Origin: Octopus vulgaris
Lineage: Eukaryota
NCBI GenBank assembly: GCA_951406725.2
Contig: OX597828.1
Span: 75,516,001 to 75,580,000 of the forward strand
Direction of reading: 5' to 3'
Length of the DNA stretch: 64,000 bases
Shown: in pieces, positions 1 through 13,980 of the stretch
Layout: each line of letters opens with the position of its first letter
How positions within the stretch are numbered: the first letter of the stretch is position 1
Made by a program: the position numbers and the translations under genes
Notes under the pieces: generated by a model
What the model was told of the DNA's origin: nothing
Databases searched by the model: none
The model's input: only the letters and a program-made list of their open reading frames with translations

Positions 1-807
1 TATTCATCATCTCTGTATATTTGTGCATACCTATCTCTGTGCGTGTATATACACACTCACGTAACATGTTATCAAGTAAAATATTCTAACATGACATGGA
101 AAATACATTTTTGAAATAAAACAGAAAGAAAAAAAAAGGCTTAAATACTAGGATATACTAAAATGCAATTATATCTTGAATTGACGTCTTATTTTTATGG
201 ATTCCACGTTGCAATACGCATATTTGCCCCACCTCCTTAACACACAGAAAAAAATATTTATGGCAGTCTTTAAACCTACAAAACGCTCCATCATTCTTGT
301 AACAATATCCATACTATTTTCTACAGCTTTGCTCTTCGAATGTCTGCTGTTTCAATATCGATATGAAATCAATTCAAATCTATTTGCTGTCCTCATGATG
401 GTTCATTTTGAAGTTTTATTTGCTAATCTGAATGTTTATCGTCACCTAACAATATTCTAGCAATCGCAACCATATCATCCCCCGCATACTTCTCAGTTTA
501 TTCACTTCCTGTCGTTGCTTTTCTGGCAATCTTTTTTCCTTTCCCATCCAGTGTCCCGATGACTTTTCTTCTATTAGCCAAACTATATCAACTTTTTACC
601 TATTACGCTCAGTACAGAGATCCGAAGCCGATAGAATTAATGTGACAGGCTGGAAAGTATCCTGCTGTGTCTTTGAGTAAACGAAACAAAAAAACAGGGT
701 GGCCCAGACTACTTGGATATATGTAGAATTCTTATCGCACGATGTTTTAGAAGACTTGTTTTGTTAATGGAGTCAATGAGTATATCTTAATCATAAATTA
801 TTATAAA

Positions 808-1206
808 CTAGCAGTATCGCCCGGCGTTGCTCGGGTTTGTAAGGGAAATAACTATATAAGCATTTTTAGAGAGTTATAGCCAAAAAATAGCAAAAAAATG
901 CATTAAAAATGGAAAAAAATGATGGTAAATTTTTTTTTTAAATCGTTGACTCAACGTAAACATTTTTAGAGAGTTACTTCCCTAATATAATAGCGAAAAA
1001 ATGCATTAAAATGGAAAAAATTATAGTAATTTTTTTTTAAATCGTAGACTCATCGTAGACGCGCGCTAATACCCAGAAGGGCTCGATATGAATCACGACT
1101 ATAAGATACCCGCTTTTGGTTAAACTGCACCGCAAAATGTGGGAGTAGTTAGGAATCTAAATCGTAGGAGACAGACAGCACACAACCTCACTTTTATATA
1201 TAAAGA
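808..1206 (-). mobile_element. Non-autonomous Helitron (~400 bp)
   Basis: Minus strand starts A|TCTTTATATATAAAAG (1206) and ends with GC hairpin CCCGAGCAACGCCGGG followed by CTAG|T (808). It sits between A and T with no TSD. Internal 100-bp tandem duplication (CATTTTTAGAGAGTTA at 861 and 961). Confidence 0.85.
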
Positions 1207-1370
1207 TTATATAAAAAATATGAAGAGACCAATGGAGTTGTGTGTGTGTGTAGATAGTTAGATTTGTGTGTATTTGTGCGCACGTATGTATGATTGTATG
1301 CATAGAATTTTGATTTTGATTCAGTCATACTTTGCGAATGTTATACACACCCATCTACCAATACGAAACC

Positions 1371-1422
<52 letters not shown>

Positions 1423-1698
1423 TAAGGTGTTTGGGCTAAACTTTATATATATGTATATATTACGAACAAGTACATATACAAGGATGGTTATATACATAAA
1501 TAAACATGAAGTCTTGTACCAAATGAATCTAGTTATAAAGGGAAATTGATAATCTTTGTTTCGGGTGTTAGAAACCGATATTTGAACGAAGATTGTTATT
1601 TCCTCACTATAAAAATAATGTTTATTAAGTTTCATATGATAGAGTGGTCGATAAATACTAAAATATTTCGAGGAAATGATATAGATATATATATGTAC

Positions 1699-1760
<62 letters not shown>

Positions 1761-2100
1761 GAGAAAGAGAGAGGAAGAGAGAAAGAGGGGAGGTCTAGGA
1801 GAGAAACATAAAGAAACAACAGGAAAGAGACAGAGATACATAGGTAGAAAGCGAGTAGGAAAGACTAATTAGTACAGAAAGTGGACTCACCTAAACCACT
1901 GTCATTAATCTGGCACATGCGCAGCTGTTTTTCTGTTATCAATTTCATGTAATTATTGTTGCTTCTACCATAAGCTCAGCTCTATCTACGACTTTACACG
2001 TCAGCCAATATTCTCTGCTCAATCTTTCACTTTTATACACACTACGTTTCAATAATATGTTGCATATTCAGATTCCATAATTTTGACGGGTAATACGCTA

Positions 2101-2101
<1 letters not shown>

Positions 2102-2159
<58 letters not shown>

Positions 2160-2252
2160 CATAAATATATACATACATACATAAATATATACATACATAC
2201 ATAAATATATACATACATACATAAATATATACATACATACATAAATATATAC

Positions 2253-2315
<63 letters not shown>
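2102..2315. repeat. (TA)n tracts flanking a 20-bp unit minisatellite (ATACATACATACATAAATAT x~5)
   Basis: Directly visible periodicity. Confidence 0.9.
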
Positions 2316-2319
<4 letters not shown>

Positions 2320-2922
2320 AAAATGCTCACACATACACACATACCACACGCATGAAGACAGTGCTATGAATACCACAAACCATAGTAGCAGAAGAATTAA
2401 AAGCTTTTACACAGCATTGATCAAAGATATTGTTGGATGTCTGAACGTGTGAATGCCATAGCAATATTCAGAAATCGTACAAAGGTTGAAATAACAATAC
2501 ATTAACAACAAAGCAGATTATTTTTTCCAACTATTGGAAAACGAAACGATACGAAACGAAAGGAAACCGTACGAAACGAAAGGAAAAAAACGTAAAATAT
2601 TCTTTCTGATTTTCCAAATTTTCTTCAATTATTTTGAAAGCAACATACAACAATAACAACAGCAATATCTATAATATTCATATTAACACATCAGTAAGAA
2701 GAAGTTACAGGAACTTAGCGAAGGCATCTGTATTAATGTCACCATTTTTTGATTCGTAAACAATGAGCAGGAAACAACACAATACAAAGAAATATGACCA
2801 TTTATTTACATCACGTGTTACCTCGTTTTTAATCTTAGGTGTAATGTAACGGAAGATAATTATATACATGCAAGACTGGAGTGTTGTGTGTACATGTTTG
2901 AATGTGTTATGTATATAAGTGC

Positions 2923-3020
<98 letters not shown>

Positions 3021-3108
3021 ATGTAGGTATTTGTGTGTACAGCTGTCTGTGCGTGTGTATAGGTGTTTGTGTCCAGTTCTGTCTACGTGGCTGCATATAT
3101 AATGCAAT

Positions 3109-3163
<55 letters not shown>

Positions 3164-3257
3164 ATATGATTTTCATTTATTTTCTTGACCATTTTTTTCA
3201 AAGGAAACTGAAAACCAATTTTTTTTCTTTCAAAGAGACAATTATTAAAGTACGTAC

Positions 3258-3392
3258 CAGTAGATACACTTAATCCTTTCCCAGGTGCGAGATTAGTAAA
3301 TCCAGAAGCGATGTTAGTAAATCCGACTGCAGAATATGAAAACAGAAAATATCCAGTACTCACCTGCAAACAGAAAAAAAAAAGAAAGACAT
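3258..3392 (-). promoter_or_regulatory. Candidate recursive splice site (3'ss immediately followed by 5'ss) with 106-nt downstream RS-exon
   Basis: Minus strand: TTAATGTCTTTCTTTTTTTTTTCTGTTTGCAG|GTGAGT (junction 3364/3363); second donor CTG|GTACGT at 3258/3257. Confidence 0.5.
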
Positions 3393-3529
3393 TAATAAAT
3401 ATTTTAGAGGTTTTTGAAATTTTTGAAATGCATGCGCACACATACACATTGTTAAATCAAAAATAATTCATTATGAAAACAACATTTGATAAAAACGCAA
3501 GTAAACACAAATCCGACGGAAGGAATCTG

Positions 3530-3616
<87 letters not shown>

Positions 3617-4059
3617 TTGGCAAGCGGATACAGAATAAAGTTAAAATATTTGCAGTCTTATGACAAGAAATACTTTACTATTAAATATTGGATATATATA
3701 TATATATATATATATAGAGTGTTAATAAAATAGGAAATGGCATGTATAATAGATTTTATATACATTTAATACACATTATATAAGAATTACTGATAGTTTC
3801 AACGCATTTATGTTATTTTAAATAGGCATATTTATAAAATACGCCATGTTCCACAGAACAATTTTTAAAGCTCTTTTTATGCGTTAGAAAACTAGGACGC
3901 TGGACAATGATAAAATGGAAAGAAACGCGAAGAAAAACGCGAAGAAAATTGATGCCGAAATGGTGCGAGAATAACAAATTATAGCAAGAAAATCAAGATT
4001 CTACCTATACTGGATCTACAAAGTGTATAATGTATATATAAATATATATATATATATAT

Positions 4060-4505
4060 GTACAGGAGTGGCTGTGTGGTAAGTAGCTTGCTTAGCAATG
4101 ACATGGTTCCGGGTTCAGATCCACTGTGTGGCACCTTGGGTAAGTGTCTTCTACTATAGCCTCGGACCGACCAGAGCTTCGTGAGTGGATTTAGTCGACT
4201 CTAAAAGAAGCCCATCGTATATATATATATATGTATGTATGTATGTGTGTGTGTGTGTGTGTGTTTGTGTGTGTGTGTGAGTGTGTATGTGTGTGTGTAT
4301 GTTTGTGTTTCTCTCTCCACTATCACTTGACAACCGATGTTGGTGTGTTCACGTCCCCGTAACTTAGCGCTTCGGCAAAAGAGACTGATAGAATAAGTAT
4401 TGATAGAATGGGATGTAAGTCCCATTCTATCAGTACTGGGGTCGATTTGTTCGACTAAAGGCGGTGCTCCAGCATGGCCGCAGTCAAGTGACTGAAAAGG
4501 ATAAA
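4060..4505 (+). mobile_element. tRNA-derived SINE, family B (full length, internal TA/TG microsatellite)
   Basis: A-box-like TGGCTGTGTGG, B-box-like GGTTCAGATCC, CCTTGGGTAAGTGTCTT core, 3' tail GGCGGTGCTCCAGCATGGCCGCAGTC-AAGT-GACTG; homologous to 26679-27121 and 57842-58204. Confidence 0.85.
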
Positions 4506-5640
4506 AGAATATGCTTCGACAAATCACAGCGTGAACCCGTTGCCGTTGACTCCCAGGCTGAAGACCGTCTACAACTGTGTCTGCAGATCTTCCAGAGTCT
4601 ACAACAGCCATCCTCTCTCTACGCCTTTTTTTCACAGATTGAATAACACGGAAGACTCCAAATGGTGGTAATATACATTTGATATATCACTATAACCAGT
4701 TCAATAAATCAATAATTGCCAAAAAAAAGAATAAAGCAAACATAAAAAGCAGCGAGAGAACTCCGAATATTTTCCTCTTCTTTCTTAATTCCCTTTTCTA
4801 ACTGATACAGCGAAAGCTAAATTGTCTGCTCAAATCAGTGACAAGTAAAGCCTGCCTTCTTTTATGTCTGCTGTCAATAGAAAGTTTTCCCCCTCCCACC
4901 ACAAACACACACTTAGTGAGCCACTGAATTACGAATTACACTGCTTTGTTGTGACTTACTAACGGACATTACGTTTTAGTATATCATCACCGCACCTAAC
5001 TTTAAGTTATCACCGATAGAGATGTACGTCACCGTTCGAAACAGCAGGAGTACTGAAAACTTAACGAGTGTATCTTTAGTGCGTCGTATTGTGTTCTTGA
5101 GCAATTCATGTCATTGCTATATTTTAGAAAGCGTTTATGTTCAGCATGGATGACCAGATTTTTTATTACATAACAACAAGGTGACGATCACACCGTGTTC
5201 TCACTAGCACACAGGACCCTACATCTTTCGCAGCTGATATACCTTCTGTCAATACAATCTCATGGATTACTTAACACTTTATGATGAAAGATATCCGAAA
5301 ATGGATGAACAAACGTATAGATACGTCCCAATGGTTTTTAATAAGTTTCCTAAACATACTCGATGGGGCGAAGCGAATATTTCATATTAACCAAACTCAG
5401 GGTTCATATCCAGTATTTTTTGCTTTATATATAATGACGGTGTGAAGGAGGTCGATAAATCAAGCATAAATTGTATTAATCGGATGCTCTTTGAAACACC
5501 TCCATAAATACTTGAGCTACCAAGAAAACCTTTAAATGGCGTCTCGAGCTTATAGAAATAACAGCAAAATCTCACTCTAACACATTCCATTCTCTTAGAA
5601 AAACAACACATTGGATAATGTAGTCCTAGATACCATATGC

Positions 5641-5755
5641 CAGTCATGGGCAAACCGCAGTCCACGGGACATTCTGAATAGCATACCAACGAGAAATTAC
5701 TTTGAATTGTTTTAGGAGTTCGAGTCGCTCCTCGAAGAAATGTTGCGCATGCCTG
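5641..5755. mobile_element. Decayed hAT-like MITE
   Basis: Imperfect TIRs CAGTCATGGGCAAAC ... GTTGCGCATGCCTG; 8-bp flanks match only 5/8. Confidence 0.45.
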
Positions 5756-6357
5756 CCCTAAACCTCAAAATAAATACTCTTGATACGGTTGGAATAACTT
5801 CATTCATATGTCTACTTCGATAACAAGTTGAAAGGTTATATCTGGATTACATATATCATTATATATATCCTTATATATGACAAATACACTTCCATTTGAT
5901 CGATCGATCTATAATTTAGACTTGATCGAAAACAATTGAGCAACATTGAACAAACTAATGGAAGCGTCGTTAATTCTGCACGGCCGCCATTACTTCCAGG
6001 CAGCTCGCTCTGACTTGTTTCTATTCTGTCGTTCCTACATTTCGGCACCTACGACGTTGTTGTTCTTGCTGTTACTGTTACAGTTGACGCTCTTGTTATT
6101 TTTGTAACTGCTGCTGCGGTTGCAACAGTTATTGTATCTATTGTTGTTCTTTATTCACAGCTCAATGCGGCCCCAGCACAATGCTGATTTGAACACGTGC
6201 TAAACGTGACCACTCTCCGTTTTCTTAGATCGAAGGCGATATTATACAATATAACCTTTCTTTTACCGTGGAAAGAGAGAAAGACATGGGTGGGAGAGAG
6301 TGGAGACAGAGCGATAGAGAGAGGAGAAGGAGGGGAGAGAGATAAGGGGGAAAGATA

Positions 6358-6391
<34 letters not shown>

Positions 6392-7206
6392 GGAGAGTAG
6401 GGAGAGTGCAGTCTATTTCCAGGGTGTAGAACAACCATGTATCGTTTCCATCCCACTCACGTCTCTTCCAGCTTATTTGTAACTTAGACGATCTGAAGTA
6501 GATCCTAGACTCGAATGCTTTGGCTTTCATTTATGACTCACTGAAGAGCTGCCGTTTGAAGACACAAACCATCAAGCTCTAAGATATCTTTCTGGTAATC
6601 TCTTCATTTAGCTTCTGTAAGATTCTTTATGCACACACACACACACATGCGCACAAAGAAATTCCAATCAACGACGCATCTATAAATAATCACTAGACCT
6701 GCTAGAAATCGTAGTCAACATTTCCTCAAATTATGTTTCATTGTCTTAATAAAAGCTGCACTTTACGTAATATTGGATCAGTGTATACTATGTTTCAGAT
6801 TCTATGGTGGGGTGGTCACGTTTCCTGACAGGCTCAGTAAAAGCTTACTCGCAGTTAAAAAGATATAGACATGCACATATTTAAACGATCTTAAACACAC
6901 ATTAAATACACATACATATTTATACAACAAACGTCCACCCATTTTTATTCAAATCACTTCCAAGAAAAAAGCTCATTTCGTAGAATATCGATAGCTTAAA
7001 TTGCTGAGAGGTGAAGAAAGTCTATCGTTTCAGATATTTCGTTTTCTTCGTGAGAGATTAGAGACAGGATAAAAGAGCAGTATAAGGTGGCTATAAGCAT
7101 AGATTTTGTACTTTAGATTATCTTGCTGGACTACACATTACAACGGCGGAGTCTTTACAGTCTTTATTCTGTGCTATTAAGATTAGCAAATGATTATATC
7201 TAATTT

Positions 7207-7251
<45 letters not shown>

Positions 7252-10044
7252 TTTCTTGATGGTGTTTATCACTTCTTGATATGATTTTAGTAATATTAAC
7301 GTTTCGTCTGTATTGCAGAAGCGAGCAAAATTTTATTACTCTATCTACGTGTGATGATAACGGTGATGGTGAGAAGAGACGATGATTACGACCATGGTGG
7401 TGATTGTACTGATGACGACTGTGATGATGCTGGGGGAGGAGTTGGAGGAGGAGGAGCGATGATGTCACTGAGGAGAATGTTGTTGTTGTTGTTGGTGGTG
7501 GTGTTATATAAGTATTGATATATAGAACAGCTTGCATGGATCAAACAAAGTCACAGAACGCTGTAAAGTTGTGATAAAGTCATACGTCATTAGCGCCAGC
7601 CAGATGTTTAATTATCAAGTCGGTTATTTATATACATATCCATATATAAGGTATGCTTGACAAGAGTGTTGACGGGGGGGACTGACTGGTACTGTGTTGC
7701 GCAATAGCATCTTTAGGCTTATGAAATTAACTGCACCTGATTTTGTGAAACACGTAAATTATATTTATATAAAGCTGAAATACCGTTTTCGTTTTCTGTG
7801 TTCCTTTTCCGTATATATCTTTGTGTATAGTTATATATAGCTGCAGTCAAACATTAAACTGATGGAAAACTCAATACTTTTTGGTAGAATGAGACTTATC
7901 AACTTTAATAGAATATCGTTGACAGTGACATCGAAGCTGGGATTATGTAGATATAATATGCTACACAGCCTTCAGTCCAATGAAGGGATATATGCCAAAT
8001 TGCACTTGAGAAATATAAATAAGTCAGTCCCCGTTTGAACTCCTTTGATCATCGATGTTTCGAATGAAGGCTGACCAAAAGATAGGGACAGGGAAAAGAA
8101 TATTCTCCATCAAAGATATTCACCGCCACCAGTCCCACTGCCTCAGCTGCAGTTGTGACCGGTCAGGAAACAAAACTCGAGCAAAATGTTGATTTTCAAT
8201 TCTGATGAAATGAGCATAATATTTGTACTTAGTCCTTTGTATATAAAGTTCTGTTTCAGATGTTTGCACCCTGAATTTTAACATACACCAGTGTATGTTT
8301 TAACAATTCCTACATTGTTATATATGACACGTAAATAGAATTTATCACGTCTCTGTTACCCAACGTTTCTGGCAAACAAAGATCAACAATTTATAAATGT
8401 AAAAATACGAATAATATACCACCATAAACAGATGGCATTGTAGAATGTTTTGGTTATGATATACATTATAGAGACTACTACCCGGATGATATTTTTGACC
8501 AAGTCCATACTACTAATTACTAATTAGTAACTGATAGTATGGGAGACACTGTCAGTGCTAACTCCGTAGAATGGGATGTTGTGTCTAGGACACAAATTAG
8601 ATTTTTGCTTTGTATGTTTGTAAGTATGTGTGTATATAAGAGTAGTTTAATCCTGCCTCATTGGATACGTGTACGAATACGTGCATTTGCGTAGCTTGAG
8701 TGAGAGTGGGGTGTCTGTGGGTGGGTGTAGCTATGCGCATGTGCGGGTGATATTTTCTCTTAATGTTATTAATTATTACATATAAATCAAGTGCCTACAG
8801 GTTTCTAGAAGCTTTTTTATATATCGAGAGAGAGAGACAGAGAGACAGAGAGAGACAAAGGGAGAGAGATGCGTGGATGTAGAGACGAATGGGTGAAGAG
8901 GCGACAGAGTAAGTGATGAACAAGGTTGGAAAAGTTGATGAGAAAGTGAGGGTTGAGTGTAAGTGCGAGCGTACGCGCATGTGTGTGTGTGCGTGTTGTG
9001 AGTGTGTGTGGCGTGTGTGTGTGTGTGCATGTTGTGAGAGTTTGTGTGTGTTTCAGGATAATACGTTAAAACAAGAACAAAAAATAGAAATCAAAGAAGC
9101 ATCTACTGATAGAGGGGGGGTTCAGGTTGAAAGATAAAGTGAAACCTCATGGAAAGCCAGTCCCGAGATTATTGGAGCCATCAGGCGAAACAAAGTCATA
9201 ACGAATATATATATATATATACACACATACACACACACCTCTTTCTGCACTCACGTAAAATTTTCCTTAAAAATGATTACCTGAGGTATTTTGAGAAATG
9301 TGTGTGTGTGTGCGTGTGTATGTACATACACATATACACATACGTGCGTGTGTGTCTGTGTGTATTTGTTTATGCGTGTATATATGTATATAAGCGAGAA
9401 GAGACAGAGCTGGAGAAAGTGAGAGCGTGAGATAAAGATGGAGATAAAATACATGTAAGAAGAAAAAAAGCTTTGAGAAGAAAGAGAGTCATGGGAAAGC
9501 AACAAGAGATGGAGAGCAGAAAGTGGGATAAAGAGAAAGAGGAAAGGGAGAGAGAGGCGGGGGAGGGTGGTTAGACCTGTAGATAGGAATGAACTTATAG
9601 GAGAAGATGCTAGAAATTGGAGGAAGTGAGATGAAAATGTGAAAAAACAAAAAAGAAATAGTGATGTACAGACAGAGCGATAGATAAAGAGCGATAAAGG
9701 TGAAAGGAAAGAAGGAGATAGAGTCTGCTCGTTCTCCAAAGAATCTTCGTCAGTGCCCAAAGACAGGACAATGGACCAATCTGAGAGAGGAAGAAGAAAA
9801 AGAAAAAGACATCTCGTTATTTGATTAAGTCAATTTTCTGACAGCAACACGGTTAACCGTGTGTAGAATATTGCTTTGGTTGTTGTTGATGCATCGCTAA
9901 CATTAAATAATTTAATTAAATAAACACGAGTTCGAGTTTTTCCACATCTCAAGGTGTGCCGACACGCGTTTCTGCTCATTGTTTTATTTACTTTTTTTTT
10001 TCCTTTCTTTTTGTTCGCCATATTTCTCTCAGCGCAATATGGAG

Positions 10045-10093
<49 letters not shown>

Positions 10094-10700
10094 TCCTATC
10101 ACTATTATTATATTTTCTATATGAATCTTATTAGCGCTATATCATCGTCATCATCATCATCGTCATTATTATTATCATTTCTCATTCTCATCCCATCATT
10201 ATTAACATTATCATCATAAAAGTCAACATCAGAATCATCATTGTATTAGGAATGGTAATGATGATGACGATGATGATGACAGTGACAATCAACCTCATCA
10301 TCATCATAACCCCCCATCCCCACCCCACCGTTCAATACTCAGGTGCAACGTCATCGCCATCGTTATGTTTCTGCCTGACGCTGCTTTGTTCTTCGGTCGA
10401 ATTTCTTTCTTCTAATATCTTTGAGTAGCTCTCCTGTCGTCGCTGTATCTTTCCTTTTGTTACATTTTTATTTATTCATGTACTTGCTTATAATTCTCTT
10501 CAATGTTTTATTTTGTGTGTGTTTCCATTACTGATTCTCTGGTGTCAGGTATGTAAGTTGTACTAATGGTCTCAGACTTTCGTCTATACAACATCTTCTA
10601 TTTTTGCTCAAGTTAGCATTACCATAAAATGTATTTTAACCCTTTGTAAAATATTCCTTCTCTACTACAACAAAATAAATGTTATCTTTCACTGAAATAA

Positions 10701-10914
10701 TGGTTTCAGATTTTTGTACAAGGCCAGCCAGCTCGGAGGGGGGGTTAAGTCGATTACATCAAACCCAGTGCTCAACTGGTACTCATATTATCGACCCCGA
10801 AAGGATGAAAGGCAAAGTCGACCTCGGCAGAATTTGAACTCAGAACGTCTAGATAGACGAAGTGCCGCTAAGCATTTTGCCCAATGTCCTGACGATTCTG
10901 TCCGCTCACCGCCT
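10701..10914 (-). mobile_element. SINE family A
   Basis: Core ATCGACCCCGAAAGGATGAAAGGCAAAGTCGACCTCGGC-GAATTTGAACTCAGAAC recurs more than 12 times in the window; decayed copies at ~11660-11730, 11930-12110, 12210-12385. Confidence 0.85.
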
Positions 10915-11019
10915 TTCTCTCACTGAAACTAGGACTTTAGTTAGGTAGAGTAGGTTTAGAAGAATCGAACTCATGCCGCTGCGTTGATCATCACCACAAA
11001 TATTATGAGACAACGAAAG

Positions 11020-11195
11020 AACTTCCACTTCGTCGTTCAATCTGCTAGAAATAGCAGTAGAATATCCCTTGAATCAAACCCTATTTTTTAGAGGAAGGAA
11101 TCTTGATACATTATATCAGGAACTTGAAGTCGTGGTCATGTCTGGAAACCCTAATCGTCTTCTCGATCAGGGCTTACTTGGAGTTAATAGCAAGA
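11020..11195 (+). repeat. Old dispersed repeat family D (core CTGCTAGAAATAGCAG)
   Basis: Similar diverged segments at ~5545-5640, 6695-6860, 23905-24150, 39740-39910, 53850-54050, 63640-63770; class unassigned. Confidence 0.55.
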
Positions 11196-13421
11196 ATCAC
11201 AATTAAGTGGTCCAAGCAATCAAAAAATATTCTATGAGAAAATAGTTTTGTTTTAAAGGAAAAACAGAAACTGTTCATTTAAGAAAGTGTTGCGTGGAGG
11301 GAAGTAGGATATTGTAATGTTCTGCAGGACTAGAATGGAATGGAAAATTAGAATTGTTGGAAATGAGAATCTTAAACGGACTGTGGGTTCGACCAGCAAG
11401 AAATTGTCTCTACTTGTTCGATACGATATCTACTTTTATCCATACAATAAAGAGTCGTATGGAACTTACAAGAATTTTCTATCACGCTAGCGAGGAACCC
11501 ATTGTCAACTGGAAGAAATAGCGCAATCACATTCTATTACCTTAAAAATATGAAAGGCACACATGAAATCAAAAACATATACCTGAGAAACCGAAGAGTG
11601 AAATTATTTTCACATTTTAGAAGTATGTATAATCAATGAAGATGATCTGTGATTGTGTTTTCAGGTTCCAGATGAATTAAGGCCAAAGCTGACCTCATTG
11701 GCATTTGAACTGATGCCATAAACGAACGTTAGGTAATGTCGAAGGTCGTGTAAAATGATGTTGCGCCTGTTCTTCCAATTCTTCAGTGTCAGTTTATAAG
11801 CAACCAAGGAGACAAGAAGACAACCCACGTATATTTCATTTAATGAGAAAACTTGTTACCTGTTACAACTGTATGAAGTAGCTGAGATATTCTAAAATAT
11901 TCTCTTGGAATGATAGGAGTCAGAAGACCTATGATTATGTCAACCTTTGAAATTGACATACGACTGTACGGTTTGGAGGATGGGACAATCGATTGAAGGA
12001 CGCCAGTAAATTTTACCGACCCTGGAATAAACTAAAAGGCAAAATTGACTCCGGCAGAGATTGAACTCAGTAAATAAAGGGACGTAACAAAGAAATCCCC
12101 ATCTGCTTCTGTCAATGTCCAGCTTCACACTCAACCAAACCTTTTGCATATGTGTGTGTGTGTATGTAAGAAGTAGGAGTATTTCTAATGTAGACACAGC
12201 ACCAGCTGTTTCAAAGAGATTGAGTAATCGATGCCATCGTCCCCGGTACTAGATTATACTGTACTTTACCAACCTCAAAAGGATGAAAGGCAGAGTTGAA
12301 CAAAATGGGATTTGAACTCAGAACTTAATAGCTCGAAACAATTATTGCAACACAAAATCTGTAACGTTCTAACGATTCCGCCATACTCATATAAGCACAA
12401 ATATTAGCAAGTGTATATATATATTTATACAGACAGATTTCTTTATTCTTCCCAGAATATAGAATTCAGTCTAGACTGTTCTGGAAAAGCGCTGAATTAA
12501 TATTTCGTAAATTAATACTAAACGTATAAACATATTTAACATCACACATACACACAATCCCGCATATACGCACTCAACTCCAAGAACATAGCTTTACGTC
12601 TGTTCACATATAATCAAACACACACAACACATATTTACATTGGTTTCCAGTTTGGAAAAGAAGCATGCAAAACGTACCCATAAATCACACAAACAGACAA
12701 ACATTGAAAGATACACAAACTCAGTCAGATTATATACACAGTAAACACACAATCATATAAACCATAGCTTTCATACACACAAACGGAAATAGAAACGCTC
12801 TTTGGTGAAGAATACAGCACCATGTCCAATAAACATATGTAACTTAAGACACAATGCTACACACACACACAGGTATATGTGTATGTGTGTGCATATAACC
12901 AAATGTGGCTTCCTTTTTCGATTTTATTTTATTTTAAACTGCTTCGGGAAACAAAACACCGTCCATAAAAAGGAGATAAAATAGCTGAAAAAGGAAAAAA
13001 AAAATGCAAATTGACGTAAGTACCGAAATAAATAGTATTTCAACCTCCCACCTCATCCCTCACACTTCAGCGGACCATTCTTCGCTTTTATGATTTGGTG
13101 TTTCCTACATCCATATCTCATATTTTTCTATTTTTCCCCTAAGAAACACAGCATAATATAATTTCTACTACCCTGGAATTTTTCTTTTCAGTAAAAAATG
13201 AGAATGAAATATAAAAAAAAATCTTTTGGTAATAAATAAATACTTGAATTTGTGTATTTTTGTAGTAATTTGAAGAGAACTGAAAACTGAAATAAAAATT
13301 CGGTGTTAGAAGTATGTTTTACAAGAAATAAAAGAACCAGTGGAGGTGAAGAGACGAATTTGTTCTTCTGTTGGAGGCGTAGAGAGGCAGATGTAAGTTT
13401 ATCATGCGAAAAGTAATCAAG

Positions 13422-13453
<32 letters not shown>

Positions 13454-13454
13454 A

Positions 13455-13665
13455 TACGTAGTTTGATCAATAAGTATCCGGACTGCTGCCATAGTAACGA
13501 AGCTAAAGCACGCTGACTGATGCCACTTGGCGAGGATTGACTTTGAACTCTACTGTGCAAGCGCACAAGGTTTTAACGTTCTAGCTCACATTCGCTGTTT
13601 ACACCAGTTCTTGGAAGGAAAGTGTGCAGCGTGTGATCGTCTCATTGAACATGGCAAAGTTGAGC
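13455..13665 (+). mobile_element. 5' end of a Tc1/mariner element (TIR and leader only)
   Basis: TA followed by CGTAGTTTGATCAATAAGTATCCGGACT resembles mariner TIRs; truncated by a SINE B half. Confidence 0.5.
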
Positions 13666-13666
13666 A

Positions 13667-13950
13667 CAGCCTTGTAAGTGGATTTGGTAGACGGAAACTG
13701 AAAGAAGTCCGTCGTATATATATATATATATACATATATATGTGTGTGTGTGTATTTGTGTGTCTCTGTTTGTCTCCCCCAATCGCTTGAAAACCGATAT
13801 TGGTGTGTTTACTTCCTTGTAACTTAGCGGTTCGGCAAAAAAATCCGATAGCATAAGTACTAGACTTACAATGAATAAGTCTCAGGGTCGATTTGTAAGA
13901 CTAAAGGCTGTGGTCTGACATGACCACAGTCAAATGATTGAAACAAGCAA
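13667..13950 (+). mobile_element. SINE family B, 5'-truncated
   Basis: GTGGATTTGGTAGACGGAAACTGAAAGAAG...CCACAGTCAAATGATTGAAAC matches the 3' two-thirds of 4060-4505. Confidence 0.8.
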
Positions 13951-13980
13951 AAAACACACACACACATATTTATATATATA

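Noticed and set aside
197-460. 87-aa hydrophobic ORF
   Set aside because: No recognisable motif; expected in T-rich sequence.
1880-1900. Other minus-strand AG|GTRAGT motifs (1886-1893; 29888-29896)
   Set aside because: No convincing polypyrimidine tract upstream, unlike the 3364 site.
4464-4646. 60-aa ORF starting in a SINE tail
   Set aside because: Begins within a repeat; no homology recognised and no clear splice signals.
9847-9862. Perfect 16-bp palindrome ACACGGTTAACCGTGT
   Set aside because: About one such palindrome is expected by chance in 64 kb (64000/4^8).
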